Positions 39,915 to 50,223 of a stretch of DNA of 64,000 nucleotides are shown one piece after another. Location: assembly GCA_030141605.1 (NCBI GenBank), contig JAQGDQ010002369.1, forward strand, positions 310,001 to 374,000, read 5' to 3'. The stretch comes from Tubiluchus corallicola (lineage: Eukaryota > Animalia > Priapulida). The translations under genes were made by a program, and so were the position numbers. The notes beneath the pieces were generated by a model. The model saw only the letters and a list, made by a program, of their open reading frames with translations. It was not told the DNA's origin and did no database searches. Positions within the stretch are counted from its first letter, which is position 1. Each line of letters starts with the position of its first letter.

Positions 39915-40082
39915 ACCCAATTTGTCATCTATTCACCCTGATCAATCGGCTGCTACAAACAATCTACTTCTCTTCTCTTCTCTTCTCTCCTCGCCAAGGT
40001 AATGTTTACCTTAGCTCGTCGTTCATCTTGTACCTTATTTGTTTCGCTCGATCGCCTAGTGCGAATATATATCAAAATGGGT

Positions 40083-40688
40083 TTACTGAAGCGCAGGAAA
40101 GCTTTCTTTGATGAAGTTGACCACACCGGTGGCGAGCATCTGGATACCGATCAGAGTCACCAGCATTCCACCCAGTCTTTCGACGGCCATGAGTCCTTTA
40201 TTCCCTAAAAAATTCTTGATGTAGGAAGAGGCCAGCAAGATCAAAAGAGCGGGGACCCAGGCGATGAATATAGCCAGGGCTACGAGGAATGGCTGGTCGG
40301 TCTCATGGGCAAAAAGCATCGTCATTGTGATCGCACCGGGTCCGGTGATCACAGGGATGGCCAAGGGAACGACGATCGGTTCATGATGAGGGAGGCCTTT
40401 TGTAGACTTTTCCTTGGGAAAGACCATATCGAGGGCAACGATGATTAAAAGAATTCCTCCAGCCATACCGATCACAGACTGGGAAATACCGATCCAGCTG
40501 AGAATCCGGTCGCCAAAGAAATTGAAAAGAAGAAGGATTCCTAAAGCGATGACGAGCTCTCGGAAAATAATGATTTTTTGACGTTTGTGATCGTACCTTG
40601 CCAGAATTGCTACGAAAAGAGGGATCTGTCCGATGGCATTCATGACGAGAAAAAGGGAGATGGCAATGGTAATGAGTTGGTTGTCCAT
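40083..40688 (-). CDS. MarC family membrane protein
   Basis: AGGILL, VVPLAIPVITGPGAI, ERLGG. Confidence 0.9.
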   Translation of the reverse strand: MDNQLITIAISLFLVMNAIGQIPLFVAILARYDHKRQKIIIFRELVIALGILLLFNFFGDRILSWIGISQSVIGMAGGILLIIVALDMVFPKEKSTKGLPHHEPIVVPLAIPVITGPGAITMTMLFAHETDQPFLVALAIFIAWVPALLILLASSYIKNFLGNKGLMAVERLGGMLVTLIGIQMLATGVVNFIKESFPALQ

Positions 40689-40775
40689 GGAGAAAAAATC
40701 CGTTTTGCCCAGCAATCATACATTCCGACCTATTTTTTTTGAATGATAGAGATCATGCTGGCATAATGGATGCCC

Positions 40776-42050
40776 ATGAAGCAGAAGAAATTTAAAATTG
40801 TAACTTTAGGATGCCGGACCAACCAATATGAGTCCCAGGCCTATGCCGATCAGCTGCGGGAAATGGGCTATATTCCCTCTGAGGAAGAAGAAGCAGACCT
40901 TTGCATCATCAATACATGCACAGTGACCCACGGTGCCGACATCGACTCCCGCCACCGGATCCGGAACCTTCGAAAAAAACACCCCTCTGCAAAAATGGTT
41001 GTGACGGGATGCATGGCCGAAAGCGACCCTGAATCGATTCAAAAAATTGATGAAAAGATCCAGGTTATTCCGAATACAAAAAAAGAAAGCCTCATCCCGA
41101 TGGCGTTTCCGGATATTGAAAAATATCCAGAGTTCAACATCCAGCAGTTTGAAGGGCATACTCGGGCTTTTGTGAAAGTGCAGGATGGATGTAATTCCTT
41201 CTGTACCTATTGCATCATTCCCTATGTAAGAGGAAGGTCCCGGTCGAAGAGCCTTGAAGAGGTGGTCGAGGAAGTAAACGGGCTGGTCGCAAATGGGTAT
41301 AAAGAAGTTGTTTTAACCGGAATCAATATTGGGGATTTCAACGGCGGGGCTGATCGAAAAGAGCCTTCCAAAGCAGCATTGGCGGACTTGGTCCGTGCTG
41401 TGGACCAGATCAAAAGACTAGAGCGGATCCGTATCTCTTCCATCGATCCTGATGAGATCGATGATGACTTACTAGATGCTGTGATCAACGGTAAGAAAAC
41501 ATGTCCCAGCATGCATATCGTACTGCAAGCAGGATCGAATGCCATTTTGAAAAAAATGAACCGGAAATACACGACGCAGATTTTCTTCGAAACACTCGAA
41601 CGATTGAAGAAAGCCCATCCTGAATTTACCTGCACAACGGATATCATTGTGGGATTCCCGGGTGAAACAGACGAAGATTTTCTGCAGACTTGCGATGCTG
41701 TTCAAAAAGCGGAATTTGCAAAAGTTCACGTCTTTCCCTACAGCACTAGAAAACGAACTCGCGCAGCGCTTTACCCAAATCCAACACCTCGCGAAGTGAT
41801 CCAAAAAAGAAAGACCTATCTCATTCATCATGTGGAGAAAATAGCCTTTGGCCTTCGACAAAAGTATGTGGGCAAAACGATGAAGGTATTATTGGAAAGC
41901 GAAGACGCCAACCAACCAGGCTGGATTGCAGGACATACAGAGAACTTCTTAAAAGTATGGATTCCTAATCATGAAGGCAGTCAAAATGATCTGGTCACTG
42001 TTGTGCTAGAGAAGAACACACCGCAAGGGCTATTTGGGAAAAAAATATGA
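40776..42050 (+). CDS. mtaB: tRNA t6A37 methylthiotransferase
   Basis: TLGCRTNQYE, VQDGCNSFCTYC radical SAM motif, HVFPYS. Confidence 0.93.
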   Translation: MKQKKFKIVTLGCRTNQYESQAYADQLREMGYIPSEEEEADLCIINTCTVTHGADIDSRHRIRNLRKKHPSAKMVVTGCMAESDPESIQKIDEKIQVIPNTKKESLIPMAFPDIEKYPEFNIQQFEGHTRAFVKVQDGCNSFCTYCIIPYVRGRSRSKSLEEVVEEVNGLVANGYKEVVLTGINIGDFNGGADRKEPSKAALADLVRAVDQIKRLERIRISSIDPDEIDDDLLDAVINGKKTCPSMHIVLQAGSNAILKKMNRKYTTQIFFETLERLKKAHPEFTCTTDIIVGFPGETDEDFLQTCDAVQKAEFAKVHVFPYSTRKRTRAALYPNPTPREVIQKRKTYLIHHVEKIAFGLRQKYVGKTMKVLLESEDANQPGWIAGHTENFLKVWIPNHEGSQNDLVTVVLEKNTPQGLFGKKI

Positions 42051-43090
42051 TCAATATTGCACAAAGACTCAGACCTTTTTCTCATACTCCGGGGACGAGC
42101 GCTCTCATTCCCCGAAGCTCCTTGGCTGCGCAGATTTTTCCTACCCGTATTTTGTTCACTGATCTTACTACTAGTAAAAAGAACGGTCTTCTATGGGACC
42201 TGAGCGGGCCTTTTGAGGGATTCACTATTGTGCAGGATCTCGAACGAATGCAAATCCGTGTATTTGCTGATGCACAAGAGGGATATTTCCGTCTTCGCTT
42301 TGCCGCAAAAGAAGAAGGTTTTTCTCTTTTTGTAGAACGTGCTCCCAAAGAGATCTCTTTTGTATGGAATGAAGAAAAAAAAGTACTGAAGGAAAAAGAA
42401 GAATGGATCCTGCCTATTTCCATCACTTTGTTCCCCCCACTGAAAGAAAGGCTTTCTTTAGGCTCTCATAAAAAGCAGGACTGGGACCTTGTGAAAAAAA
42501 GAGGGGATATGAGGGAAATCCTTCCCGTTTGGCTCCGCCTTTTTGTTTCCTTAAGCAATGCTCCCAAAGTAGGAACAGCTTCTTTTTTAGAGAAGTGTAA
42601 TATCGAGAATAAGAATGAGTTGGAAAAGCAATTTCTAAACCTGTTCCAAATCGGCTTTGAGGGGATCTTAGTCCCCAGACTGACCGATGATCAACATCAG
42701 GGAATGATCAAAGAAGAGGCGTTGCCGAAAGATGCCAATCCCCTTGTCCTTTTATCGGAAGGAGGACGGTTGATTCGATCTCTTTTCTTCCGTGCTGAAA
42801 AGAACATACTCTATCTTCTACCCACGCTTCCCAAAGGATTTGCTTTTGGGCGGTTTACCAAAATCTCATCCGATTGGGGCGAGTTCGATCTCGAATGGTC
42901 GAAAAAGACACTCAGAAAGGCAGTATTCCGAGCAAAAAAAACGGGCCGGCTCGAACTGGTGCTGCAAAAACAAATTCAGAATTTCCGCGTGAGAAATTCT
43001 CATAGAGACAAAGGAAAAACCTTTTCTCGAGAAACTCCACTTTTGGTAGAAGAAGATCATACTTACATTTTAGATCGATTTCAAAAATAG
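42047..43090 (+). CDS. Conserved chlamydial hypothetical protein preceding glgB
   Basis: RLRPFSHTPG, LSLGSHKKQDW, EWSKK, LDRFQK; operonic overlap with mtaB. Confidence 0.8.
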   Translation: MINIAQRLRPFSHTPGTSALIPRSSLAAQIFPTRILFTDLTTSKKNGLLWDLSGPFEGFTIVQDLERMQIRVFADAQEGYFRLRFAAKEEGFSLFVERAPKEISFVWNEEKKVLKEKEEWILPISITLFPPLKERLSLGSHKKQDWDLVKKRGDMREILPVWLRLFVSLSNAPKVGTASFLEKCNIENKNELEKQFLNLFQIGFEGILVPRLTDDQHQGMIKEEALPKDANPLVLLSEGGRLIRSLFFRAEKNILYLLPTLPKGFAFGRFTKISSDWGEFDLEWSKKTLRKAVFRAKKTGRLELVLQKQIQNFRVRNSHRDKGKTFSRETPLLVEEDHTYILDRFQK

Positions 43091-43092
43091 AA

Positions 43093-45207
43093 ATGGAAGA
43101 CGATTTTCAGCTGTTACTTCAGCATCAACACAGCAACCCTCATTCCTATCTGGGATTGCATTCTTTTGAAGACAAACAAGTCATCCGCGTTTGGCGTCCC
43201 GGTGCGGAATCTGTATCGATTGATCTGAAGGGAAAAAAAATCCCGATGGAGTGCGTCAAGAACGAAGGTCTTTTTGAACTCATGGTCGACCGTGAAACCA
43301 AGCCTTTCGACTATCGAATTTATGATGGAGAGACGCTCGTCCATGATGCTTACAACTTTGAAAAAACATTCACCGATGAAGATGGCAAACGCTTCCATGA
43401 TGGAAAGCACTATGAGCTCTATGATGTAATGGGATCCCATTTCATCAAACACCGGGAATGCGAGGGAGTGAAATTTGCTTTATGGGCGCCTCATGCCTCT
43501 TCTGTTTCTGTCGTAGGAGATTTTAATGACTGGATCGGCAGCACGAATATGTGTAGGAAACTGGAACCCTGGGGAGTCTGGGAATGCTTTATTCCCAATG
43601 CCAGAAATGGAGAGAAATACAAATACGAAGTGAGAACTTCCGAGGGGCATTTACGGATCAAGACCGATCCTTATGCCTTTTACTGCGAAAAGCGTCCCCA
43701 TACCGCTACAATCATCTGTGATACCAATCAGTTTGCATGGACTGATGAATCCTGGTTAAAGAAACGAAAGTTTCAAAAGAAGCCGTGTCCTATGAACATT
43801 TACGAGGTTCATTTAGGTTCCTGGAAAAAACTCGATGGAGCCTTTCCCAATTATCGGGAACTGGCCCACCATCTTTCTGAATACTGTCTGGAAATGGGCT
43901 ATACGCACATTGAACTTCTCCCTATTATGGAACATCCCCTCGATGAGTCCTGGGGCTATCAGGTCACTGGTTTTTTTGCTGTTACTTCCCGTTATGGAAC
44001 GGTCGAAGATTTCCAGTACTTCGTCAATTATATGCACGATAAGCCGATCGGAGTAATCCTCGATTGGGTCCCCGGACATTTTCCAACAGATGATTTCTCT
44101 CTAAGTCGTTTCGATGGAACGCCTCTTTATGAATACAAAGACCCCCGATTGGGATTTCATCCTGACTGGACCACTCATGTTTTTGATTATGCGAGTTTCC
44201 GGGTATGCAACTTCTTACTTGCAAGCGCCCTTTACTGGTTTGATAAATTTCATATCGATGGACTCAGGGTCGATGCCGTCGCCTCTTTGATCTACCGTGA
44301 CTACAGCCGCAAAGAAGGGGAGTGGATCCCCAATGAGTATGGAGGCAATCTCAATCATGAAGCCATCGACTTTGTCAAGCACATGAACTCGGTCGTTCAT
44401 CAAAAATTCCCTGAAGTATTGATGATTGCGGAAGAGTCGACTGCTTATGAAGGTGTCTCCAAATCAGTGGACGAGGGAGGCCTCGGTTTCGATTTAAAAT
44501 GGAACCTCGGATGGATGAATGATACCTTCACCTTCTTTGAAAAAGACTTTCCCTTCCGTCCCCACCATCACAATGGTCTGACCTTTCCCCTCGTCTATGC
44601 CTTCAATGAACGGTTTCTATTAGTCCTTTCCCATGATGAAGTAGTGCATGAAAAGAAAAGCCTGATTTCCAAAATGCCCGGCTCTGAATGGGAGAAATTT
44701 GCAAATTTACGATTATTACTCAGTTACATGACCTGCCATCCCGGAAAGAATCTTCTCTTTATGGGAGGGGAGATCGGACAGTGGCATGAATGGAACTGTA
44801 AAGATCAAGTCCATTGGCACCTTCTTGAAAAACCTCTCCATCAAAAGACGCAAACGTTTGTAAAGGAACTCAACCATTTTTATCGGGATACCAATCCTCT
44901 TTGGGAAAGAGATTTTGATCCGAAGGGATTTCAATGGATCAGCTTTTCCGACAATGTCAACAGCGTCCTTTCCTATTACCGGATCGGTACCGAACACAAA
45001 TTAGTCTGCATCCATAATTTCCGTCCCGAGCCTCAAAAAGAATACCTCATCGAAAGCCCCAATGTGAAAGAGGTAAGAGAGATCTTCAATACTGACACTG
45101 AGAAGTATGGCGGGACGAACCTCGTCAACCCAAATATCAAAACTCAAAAGGATGGTTTTATCGTTGATCTCGCACCCTTATCTACGCAAATATTCCAGTT
45201 ATTATGA
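43093..45207 (+). CDS. glgB: 1,4-alpha-glucan branching enzyme
   Basis: IYEVHLGSW, SWGYQ, DWVPGHF, DGLRVDAV, AEEST, LSHDEVVH. Confidence 0.97.
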   Translation: MEDDFQLLLQHQHSNPHSYLGLHSFEDKQVIRVWRPGAESVSIDLKGKKIPMECVKNEGLFELMVDRETKPFDYRIYDGETLVHDAYNFEKTFTDEDGKRFHDGKHYELYDVMGSHFIKHRECEGVKFALWAPHASSVSVVGDFNDWIGSTNMCRKLEPWGVWECFIPNARNGEKYKYEVRTSEGHLRIKTDPYAFYCEKRPHTATIICDTNQFAWTDESWLKKRKFQKKPCPMNIYEVHLGSWKKLDGAFPNYRELAHHLSEYCLEMGYTHIELLPIMEHPLDESWGYQVTGFFAVTSRYGTVEDFQYFVNYMHDKPIGVILDWVPGHFPTDDFSLSRFDGTPLYEYKDPRLGFHPDWTTHVFDYASFRVCNFLLASALYWFDKFHIDGLRVDAVASLIYRDYSRKEGEWIPNEYGGNLNHEAIDFVKHMNSVVHQKFPEVLMIAEESTAYEGVSKSVDEGGLGFDLKWNLGWMNDTFTFFEKDFPFRPHHHNGLTFPLVYAFNERFLLVLSHDEVVHEKKSLISKMPGSEWEKFANLRLLLSYMTCHPGKNLLFMGGEIGQWHEWNCKDQVHWHLLEKPLHQKTQTFVKELNHFYRDTNPLWERDFDPKGFQWISFSDNVNSVLSYYRIGTEHKLVCIHNFRPEPQKEYLIESPNVKEVREIFNTDTEKYGGTNLVNPNIKTQKDGFIVDLAPLSTQIFQLL

Positions 45208-47207
45208 AAGAAATAAAGACACAGCAAGATTATTTAAAACTTATTGAAGAGCTGCAGGAACATGACCGGCATTACTATGCCGAGTTCAAACCGGTGATCT
45301 CCGACTATGATTACGATCAGCTCACGAAAGCATTAGAGGCGTTCGAAAAAGGACATCCTGATCTCATATCCCCTGAGTCTCCTTCCCAACGAGTTGGAGA
45401 GGCCCTGACGGAAGGATTCCAAAAAGGGGAGCATGCGATGCCCATGCTTTCCCTTGCAAATACTTATTCGGAAGAAGAGGTCCATGACTTTGTCGACCGG
45501 ATGTACCGCCTTACTGAAAGACAGGACCTTCTTTTTTGTACGGAATTAAAGATGGATGGAACGGCTGTTTCCCTCAGGTATGAAAAGGGGGAATTTTCCC
45601 GAGCATTAACACGGGGTAATGGCCGGGTAGGAGATGATGTCACATCGAATATCCGTACGATCCGCAACATTCCGATAAAACTCCACGGCAAAGATTATCC
45701 TGAAGTGCTTGAAGTGCGCGGAGAAGTCTTTATGCATAAGCAGACGTTTCAATCCCTGAATGAAAAAAGGCAGGAAGAAGGGCATGAACTTTGGGCCAAT
45801 CCAAGAAATGCCGCTGCTGGATCCTTGAAACTCCTCGATCCAAAAGAAGTTGCACGCAGAAAACTCGATATAGTCTTCTACGCTGTTGCCGAGGGAACGG
45901 AACCGGTGCCTTCTCAATTCGAGACTCATCTCTATTTGAAAAAATTAGGCCTTCCCGTTTCTAAAGAGTCCCACTTTGCCCGTTGCAAAAACCTGAATGA
46001 AATCAAAGCCTTTGCCGACAAAATTGAAAAGGAGCGAGAGAAACTCTCCTTCGAAATAGACGGTATTGTGATCAAGGTCGATGATTTGAAGTTCCACCCG
46101 AAACTCGGTGTTACCGGAAAATCTCCACGCTATGCTGTTGCCTACAAATTCGCACCGGAACAGGCAGTCACAAAAATCAATGACATCACCGTTCAAGTAG
46201 GAAGAACGGGAGTGCTTACTCCTGTTGCAGAGCTTGAGCCTGTTCACTTGGCAGGAAGCACCATTGCACGCGCAACACTTCACAACCAGGACGAGATCAA
46301 AAGGAAGGATATTCGCATCGGCGATACCGTCGTCATCGAAAAAGGGGGAGATGTTATCCCCAAAGTTGTGAAAGTCGACTTCGATAGACGGCCTAAGAAT
46401 GCCCGACAGTGGCATATGCCCGATAGTTGTCCGATCTGTTCTACAGAAGTGATTCACCGGGAGGGAGAAGTAGCTGTTCGCTGTCCCAACCCCAAATGCG
46501 GGGGACAGAAAATAAGACGGATCATTTTCTTTTGCTCAAGAGCTGCGATGGACATCGAACACTTGGGTGAAAAGATCGTAAAACTCCTAGTCGATAAAGG
46601 GTTCATCAGCCGTCCTTCCGATATCTATCTTCTCAGTGAAGAAATGCTCAGTGAACTCGAAGGATTCAAAGAGAAGGCAATCTACAATCTTCTCACTAGT
46701 ATTGAAGAGTCGAAAAAAAGACCTCTTTCACGATTCATCATGGGACTCGGTATTCCTTACGTCGGTGCAGAGACAGCCGATCTTCTTGCCAATTATGCAC
46801 AGAACATCAACACCCTTATGACCCTCAAAAAAGAAGAATTGATCGAAATTGAAGGGGTCGGAGAGAAAGTGGCAGAATCGATCGTTGAGTTTGTTAACGA
46901 TCCGAACCATGAGGAAGAAATCAATCTTCTACTCAGCCACGGTGTCACTCCCCAAAAGCCGTGCACCAAAAGAATCACCGGCCACGTCTTTACCGGGAAA
47001 ATCTTTGTGCTTACAGGAACTTTGGAAAACTTCACACGTCAGGAGGCGACGCACCTCATCAAAGAAAGGGGCGGCAAAGTCACAGGATCGGTCAGTAAGA
47101 AAACCGATTTCGTCCTAGCTGGAGAAGACCCAGGCTCCAAGTATGACAAGGCAAAAAAGCTGGATATTTCTATTCTGTCTGAAAAAGAGTTTGAGAAGCT
47201 TCTTTAA
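45204..47207 (+). CDS. ligA: NAD-dependent DNA ligase
   Basis: ELKMDG, TRGNG, VRGEV, VGRTG, zinc finger, BRCT domain. Confidence 0.98.
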   Translation: MKEIKTQQDYLKLIEELQEHDRHYYAEFKPVISDYDYDQLTKALEAFEKGHPDLISPESPSQRVGEALTEGFQKGEHAMPMLSLANTYSEEEVHDFVDRMYRLTERQDLLFCTELKMDGTAVSLRYEKGEFSRALTRGNGRVGDDVTSNIRTIRNIPIKLHGKDYPEVLEVRGEVFMHKQTFQSLNEKRQEEGHELWANPRNAAAGSLKLLDPKEVARRKLDIVFYAVAEGTEPVPSQFETHLYLKKLGLPVSKESHFARCKNLNEIKAFADKIEKEREKLSFEIDGIVIKVDDLKFHPKLGVTGKSPRYAVAYKFAPEQAVTKINDITVQVGRTGVLTPVAELEPVHLAGSTIARATLHNQDEIKRKDIRIGDTVVIEKGGDVIPKVVKVDFDRRPKNARQWHMPDSCPICSTEVIHREGEVAVRCPNPKCGGQKIRRIIFFCSRAAMDIEHLGEKIVKLLVDKGFISRPSDIYLLSEEMLSELEGFKEKAIYNLLTSIEESKKRPLSRFIMGLGIPYVGAETADLLANYAQNINTLMTLKKEELIEIEGVGEKVAESIVEFVNDPNHEEEINLLLSHGVTPQKPCTKRITGHVFTGKIFVLTGTLENFTRQEATHLIKERGGKVTGSVSKKTDFVLAGEDPGSKYDKAKKLDISILSEKEFEKLL

Positions 47208-47209
47208 AG

Positions 47210-48094
47210 TTATTCTGCTGGTTGTTGTCTATTATAGCCTATAGGGGCACATTCCTTTTTCCAACCTTCCCTGTAACGGTTAGTATGGCCAGAGGCTTCC
47301 ATAAGAAATAAATAATTTTCCTCGGTACTCCAAAGGCCACCGAAAATCCAACCGAGAATCCCCCGCCCTTCTAATTCATCCTTAAAATAATCATATTCTT
47401 CAGGCCAATGTCCTTTTTCAATACATTTCTGGGCAATGTTATGAGTTAACTTAACTGTTTTATATTCGGCAGATTCTAACTTCTTTGCATATGTATCTGG
47501 AGTAAAAGTACATTTATTTTTCCAGATCTTCGAATAGATCTTTCTTCTGTCTAAATTCATCAATTCGAAAAAAATAGACTGAGGAATTCGATTGTTTTTT
47601 TCTGCAATATAGATTGTTCCATCTTTTACGCAAGCCCATGGAACTTCTTTTGAAGAGGTACATTGAATTTGTACAGCCCATGGAATTTTTTTCCATATTT
47701 GCCTTGCTTGAGGACATTGGAGTAGTGCTTCTACTGCCGCAGAAAGTCTACCTTCACATGTTTGTAGAGTAGATACTGGTGCGAAATTAGGCATTGAAGG
47801 AGAAGCATTTTCTCTAGATCCTATCATAAGATTAGCTGCTCCATAGATGGTAAGCAGAGCTCCCACGCCCGCCATCGTCCAGTTGATATTACTTTGCTCT
47901 TTTGTCTGATCACTCCAAATTCGGTTTTGAAGGCATTGAACTAATCCGCTTTGAGCAAGAAAGCAAGCGCCAAAACCCAGAGAACCAAATCCGATAATGA
48001 AACTTTCCGTTTTGTTATCTGTAGGAATCGAATCTCCAATCAATGAAATAGGATAAGTTGCAATATGAGGAAATACTTCAATAATTGAACTCAA
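47210..48094 (-). CDS. Membrane-anchored protein, FExxN family paralog 1
   Basis: Two N-terminal hydrophobic segments; CPQARQIW, FFELMNL, ESAEY, GHWP, SGHTNRYR. Start uncertain. Confidence 0.7.
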   Translation of the reverse strand: MSSIIEVFPHIATYPISLIGDSIPTDNKTESFIIGFGSLGFGACFLAQSGLVQCLQNRIWSDQTKEQSNINWTMAGVGALLTIYGAANLMIGSRENASPSMPNFAPVSTLQTCEGRLSAAVEALLQCPQARQIWKKIPWAVQIQCTSSKEVPWACVKDGTIYIAEKNNRIPQSIFFELMNLDRRKIYSKIWKNKCTFTPDTYAKKLESAEYKTVKLTHNIAQKCIEKGHWPEEYDYFKDELEGRGILGWIFGGLWSTEENYLFLMEASGHTNRYREGWKKECAPIGYNRQQPAE

Positions 48095-48257
48095 TTTTTT
48101 ACCATTTTTTTTAAAAAAAGATACCGATCATAAAAGAGAAATACGACTTAATCAAGTGTCACGGCTATAACACCTTGTGTTGAGGGAAGAAAACATGTGG
48201 TTCGATAATGAACGAAGTTGAAGTGCAGCAGACCGAAAAAGAACTTGAGAAAATGCT

Positions 48258-49190
48258 TTACCACTCGTAGATAGGATCACATTTATAATGCCATTGTCTT
48301 CGATATGCATTTGAGTGGCCTGATGCTTCTTGTATTCTCAAATAATCTGAAAAACTGTTCAAATCAAAACTCTCAGCTGTGATGCCATAGCCCTTAGGCC
48401 AATAGCCTTGCTCGACACAATCTCGTGAAATTTCACAGGCTCGTTTTACATTATTGTATTCGACCCGCTCTATATCCCTTACGAATTTTTCTCTTTGAGC
48501 CTCAGTATACTCAACACAAGGATTCAAGCGTGCTAGTTCGAAAGCTTTCGTACTTCTTAAATTATTCAGTTCAAATAGAGTACTTCCTAAACCAGAAAGA
48601 TTATCTCTGAGCCCATCTGCAATAACGATTTCTCTTTTTGATGAAAAGCAAACTGCACCATAGGGAGTCTCTTTGGAAGTACCGCACCTTACTTTGAACG
48701 GCCCTTCTTCTTCTACTTCTTCCCAGAGTTTTCTTGCATCAGGACATCTTAGGAATATACTTTTTGCCTGCTCTATTGCTTCTTCACAACTTTCCGGTTC
48801 GGAAAATGGTTCTTCCATCGGGGTAAATTCTTGCTGAAACGGCTCTGGTACTGGACATGTATCTGATAACATTGGCATATGCACGGGTTCTTGGACAGTT
48901 GGTGATACAAATCCTGTAGCAAATTGATACGTACCATAAATCATCAAAAGAGCTCCGGCACCGGCCAAGGTCCAATTGCATGATGGCGCCTCTTCTTTCC
49001 AAATCCAACCTTTTAAAGATTGTGCAGCTCCGCTTTGTCGGAGCAAGGAGAGGCCGGTCCCCACGCAGCCAAGACCTAATGAAACGCTTTTTACCCTACT
49101 ATCTGTAGATGAATTAGCGAGGGCAGCTCCTAAAGCCATTGGAGCAGCCGAAGTTAATGCCTTTTGGCAAGTTTGAATATTAGATGTCAT
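48258..49190 (-). CDS. Membrane-anchored protein, FExxN family paralog 2
   Basis: CPDARKLW, LFELNNL, ERVEY, GYWP, SGHSNAYR. Confidence 0.75.
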   Translation of the reverse strand: MTSNIQTCQKALTSAAPMALGAALANSSTDSRVKSVSLGLGCVGTGLSLLRQSGAAQSLKGWIWKEEAPSCNWTLAGAGALLMIYGTYQFATGFVSPTVQEPVHMPMLSDTCPVPEPFQQEFTPMEEPFSEPESCEEAIEQAKSIFLRCPDARKLWEEVEEEGPFKVRCGTSKETPYGAVCFSSKREIVIADGLRDNLSGLGSTLFELNNLRSTKAFELARLNPCVEYTEAQREKFVRDIERVEYNNVKRACEISRDCVEQGYWPKGYGITAESFDLNSFSDYLRIQEASGHSNAYRRQWHYKCDPIYEW

Positions 49191-49272
49191 GACTACCTAA
49201 AGTAACTAAATAAAGTTGGTGATATTATAAATGATTAATTACTAAATATTAATAGATGGTAAATAGTTGAGT

Positions 49273-50130
49273 TTAGGCGGCGATGAATGCGACATTGATC
49301 CGCATGGGAGGCTTCTTTTTGATGTCTCCCTCCTCCAAAGGCTCGAGAGCTAAGGTGATTTGGAAATCATGACCCTTCACTTTAGCAGGGAGGCGGTACT
49401 TTTCCCGAAGAGCTTCTAACTCTGGAGAACGGATCTGTAAGATCCATGCTTTTTTAACATGGCCCCAGGAATCGGGGTTCACGGTGTACACACCTTCGAT
49501 CTGGAAGGTAAACTCTTGACCCAGTTCTAAAACGGAAAATACTTCACGATACTTCACTTCGTTTTCTGTCGTCACAATGGCGTGTGCTCCCTGCGGAGAA
49601 GAGAATGCATTGAAGTAGGGAGGCTTGATCAGATTTTCGCCTCGAAGAAAGAGTGTTAACGTATGAATGAACTCATTATCGATATCGATGTAGACCATTC
49701 CCTTTTTTGTTTGCTTCAGCTTCCCTTTGCAGGAGAGGAATTGCTTTGCGTATTGAATCAGTTCGGGAACATATTCACGTTCCAAAACCTCGTCGCTTTC
49801 CTGCAGAAGATATTCAATCAGATCTGGATTTAATTTTTTGTTGTCTTCGATCGCACCTCTTGAAAAAGGCATCGGAGGTTGATAGGAAAAAACAGCTCCC
49901 AGAGGATCTTTCGCCCATCCAAGAACTCTATGGAGAACGTCACTGCTCTTCGAATAGGAATCGCTGGGCAGGATGAATTTTTCGAGGAACTCCGTATTAT
50001 CGAGGATCTCATAAAGCGTAGACCGAATATTCATGAGTTGAGAGAACTCTACCCTGGGGATAGAGGCCGGCTCTAAAATAGCAATCTTTCTCTCAATCGA
50101 TGAGGTGGCTAATCTTCGGAAATAAGTCAT
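49273..50130 (-). CDS. Hypothetical protein with a degenerate 2H-phosphoesterase-like C-terminal domain
   Basis: PPYF...GAHAIV and LREKYRL...HDFQIT spacing recalls the two HxT/S motifs. Confidence 0.6.
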   Translation of the reverse strand: MTYFRRLATSSIERKIAILEPASIPRVEFSQLMNIRSTLYEILDNTEFLEKFILPSDSYSKSSDVLHRVLGWAKDPLGAVFSYQPPMPFSRGAIEDNKKLNPDLIEYLLQESDEVLEREYVPELIQYAKQFLSCKGKLKQTKKGMVYIDIDNEFIHTLTLFLRGENLIKPPYFNAFSSPQGAHAIVTTENEVKYREVFSVLELGQEFTFQIEGVYTVNPDSWGHVKKAWILQIRSPELEALREKYRLPAKVKGHDFQITLALEPLEEGDIKKKPPMRINVAFIAA

Positions 50131-50223
50131 TATTATTAAGGTTTTATATTATTAATGGGGTAATTATAACCCAAAAATACCATAAAAATCTAAAATTAAA
50201 ATTTTAATTAGTGGTTATTAGTT

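Noticed and set aside
39968-39987. (TTCTC)4 repeat
   Set aside because: Short and located between convergent genes; no plausible function.
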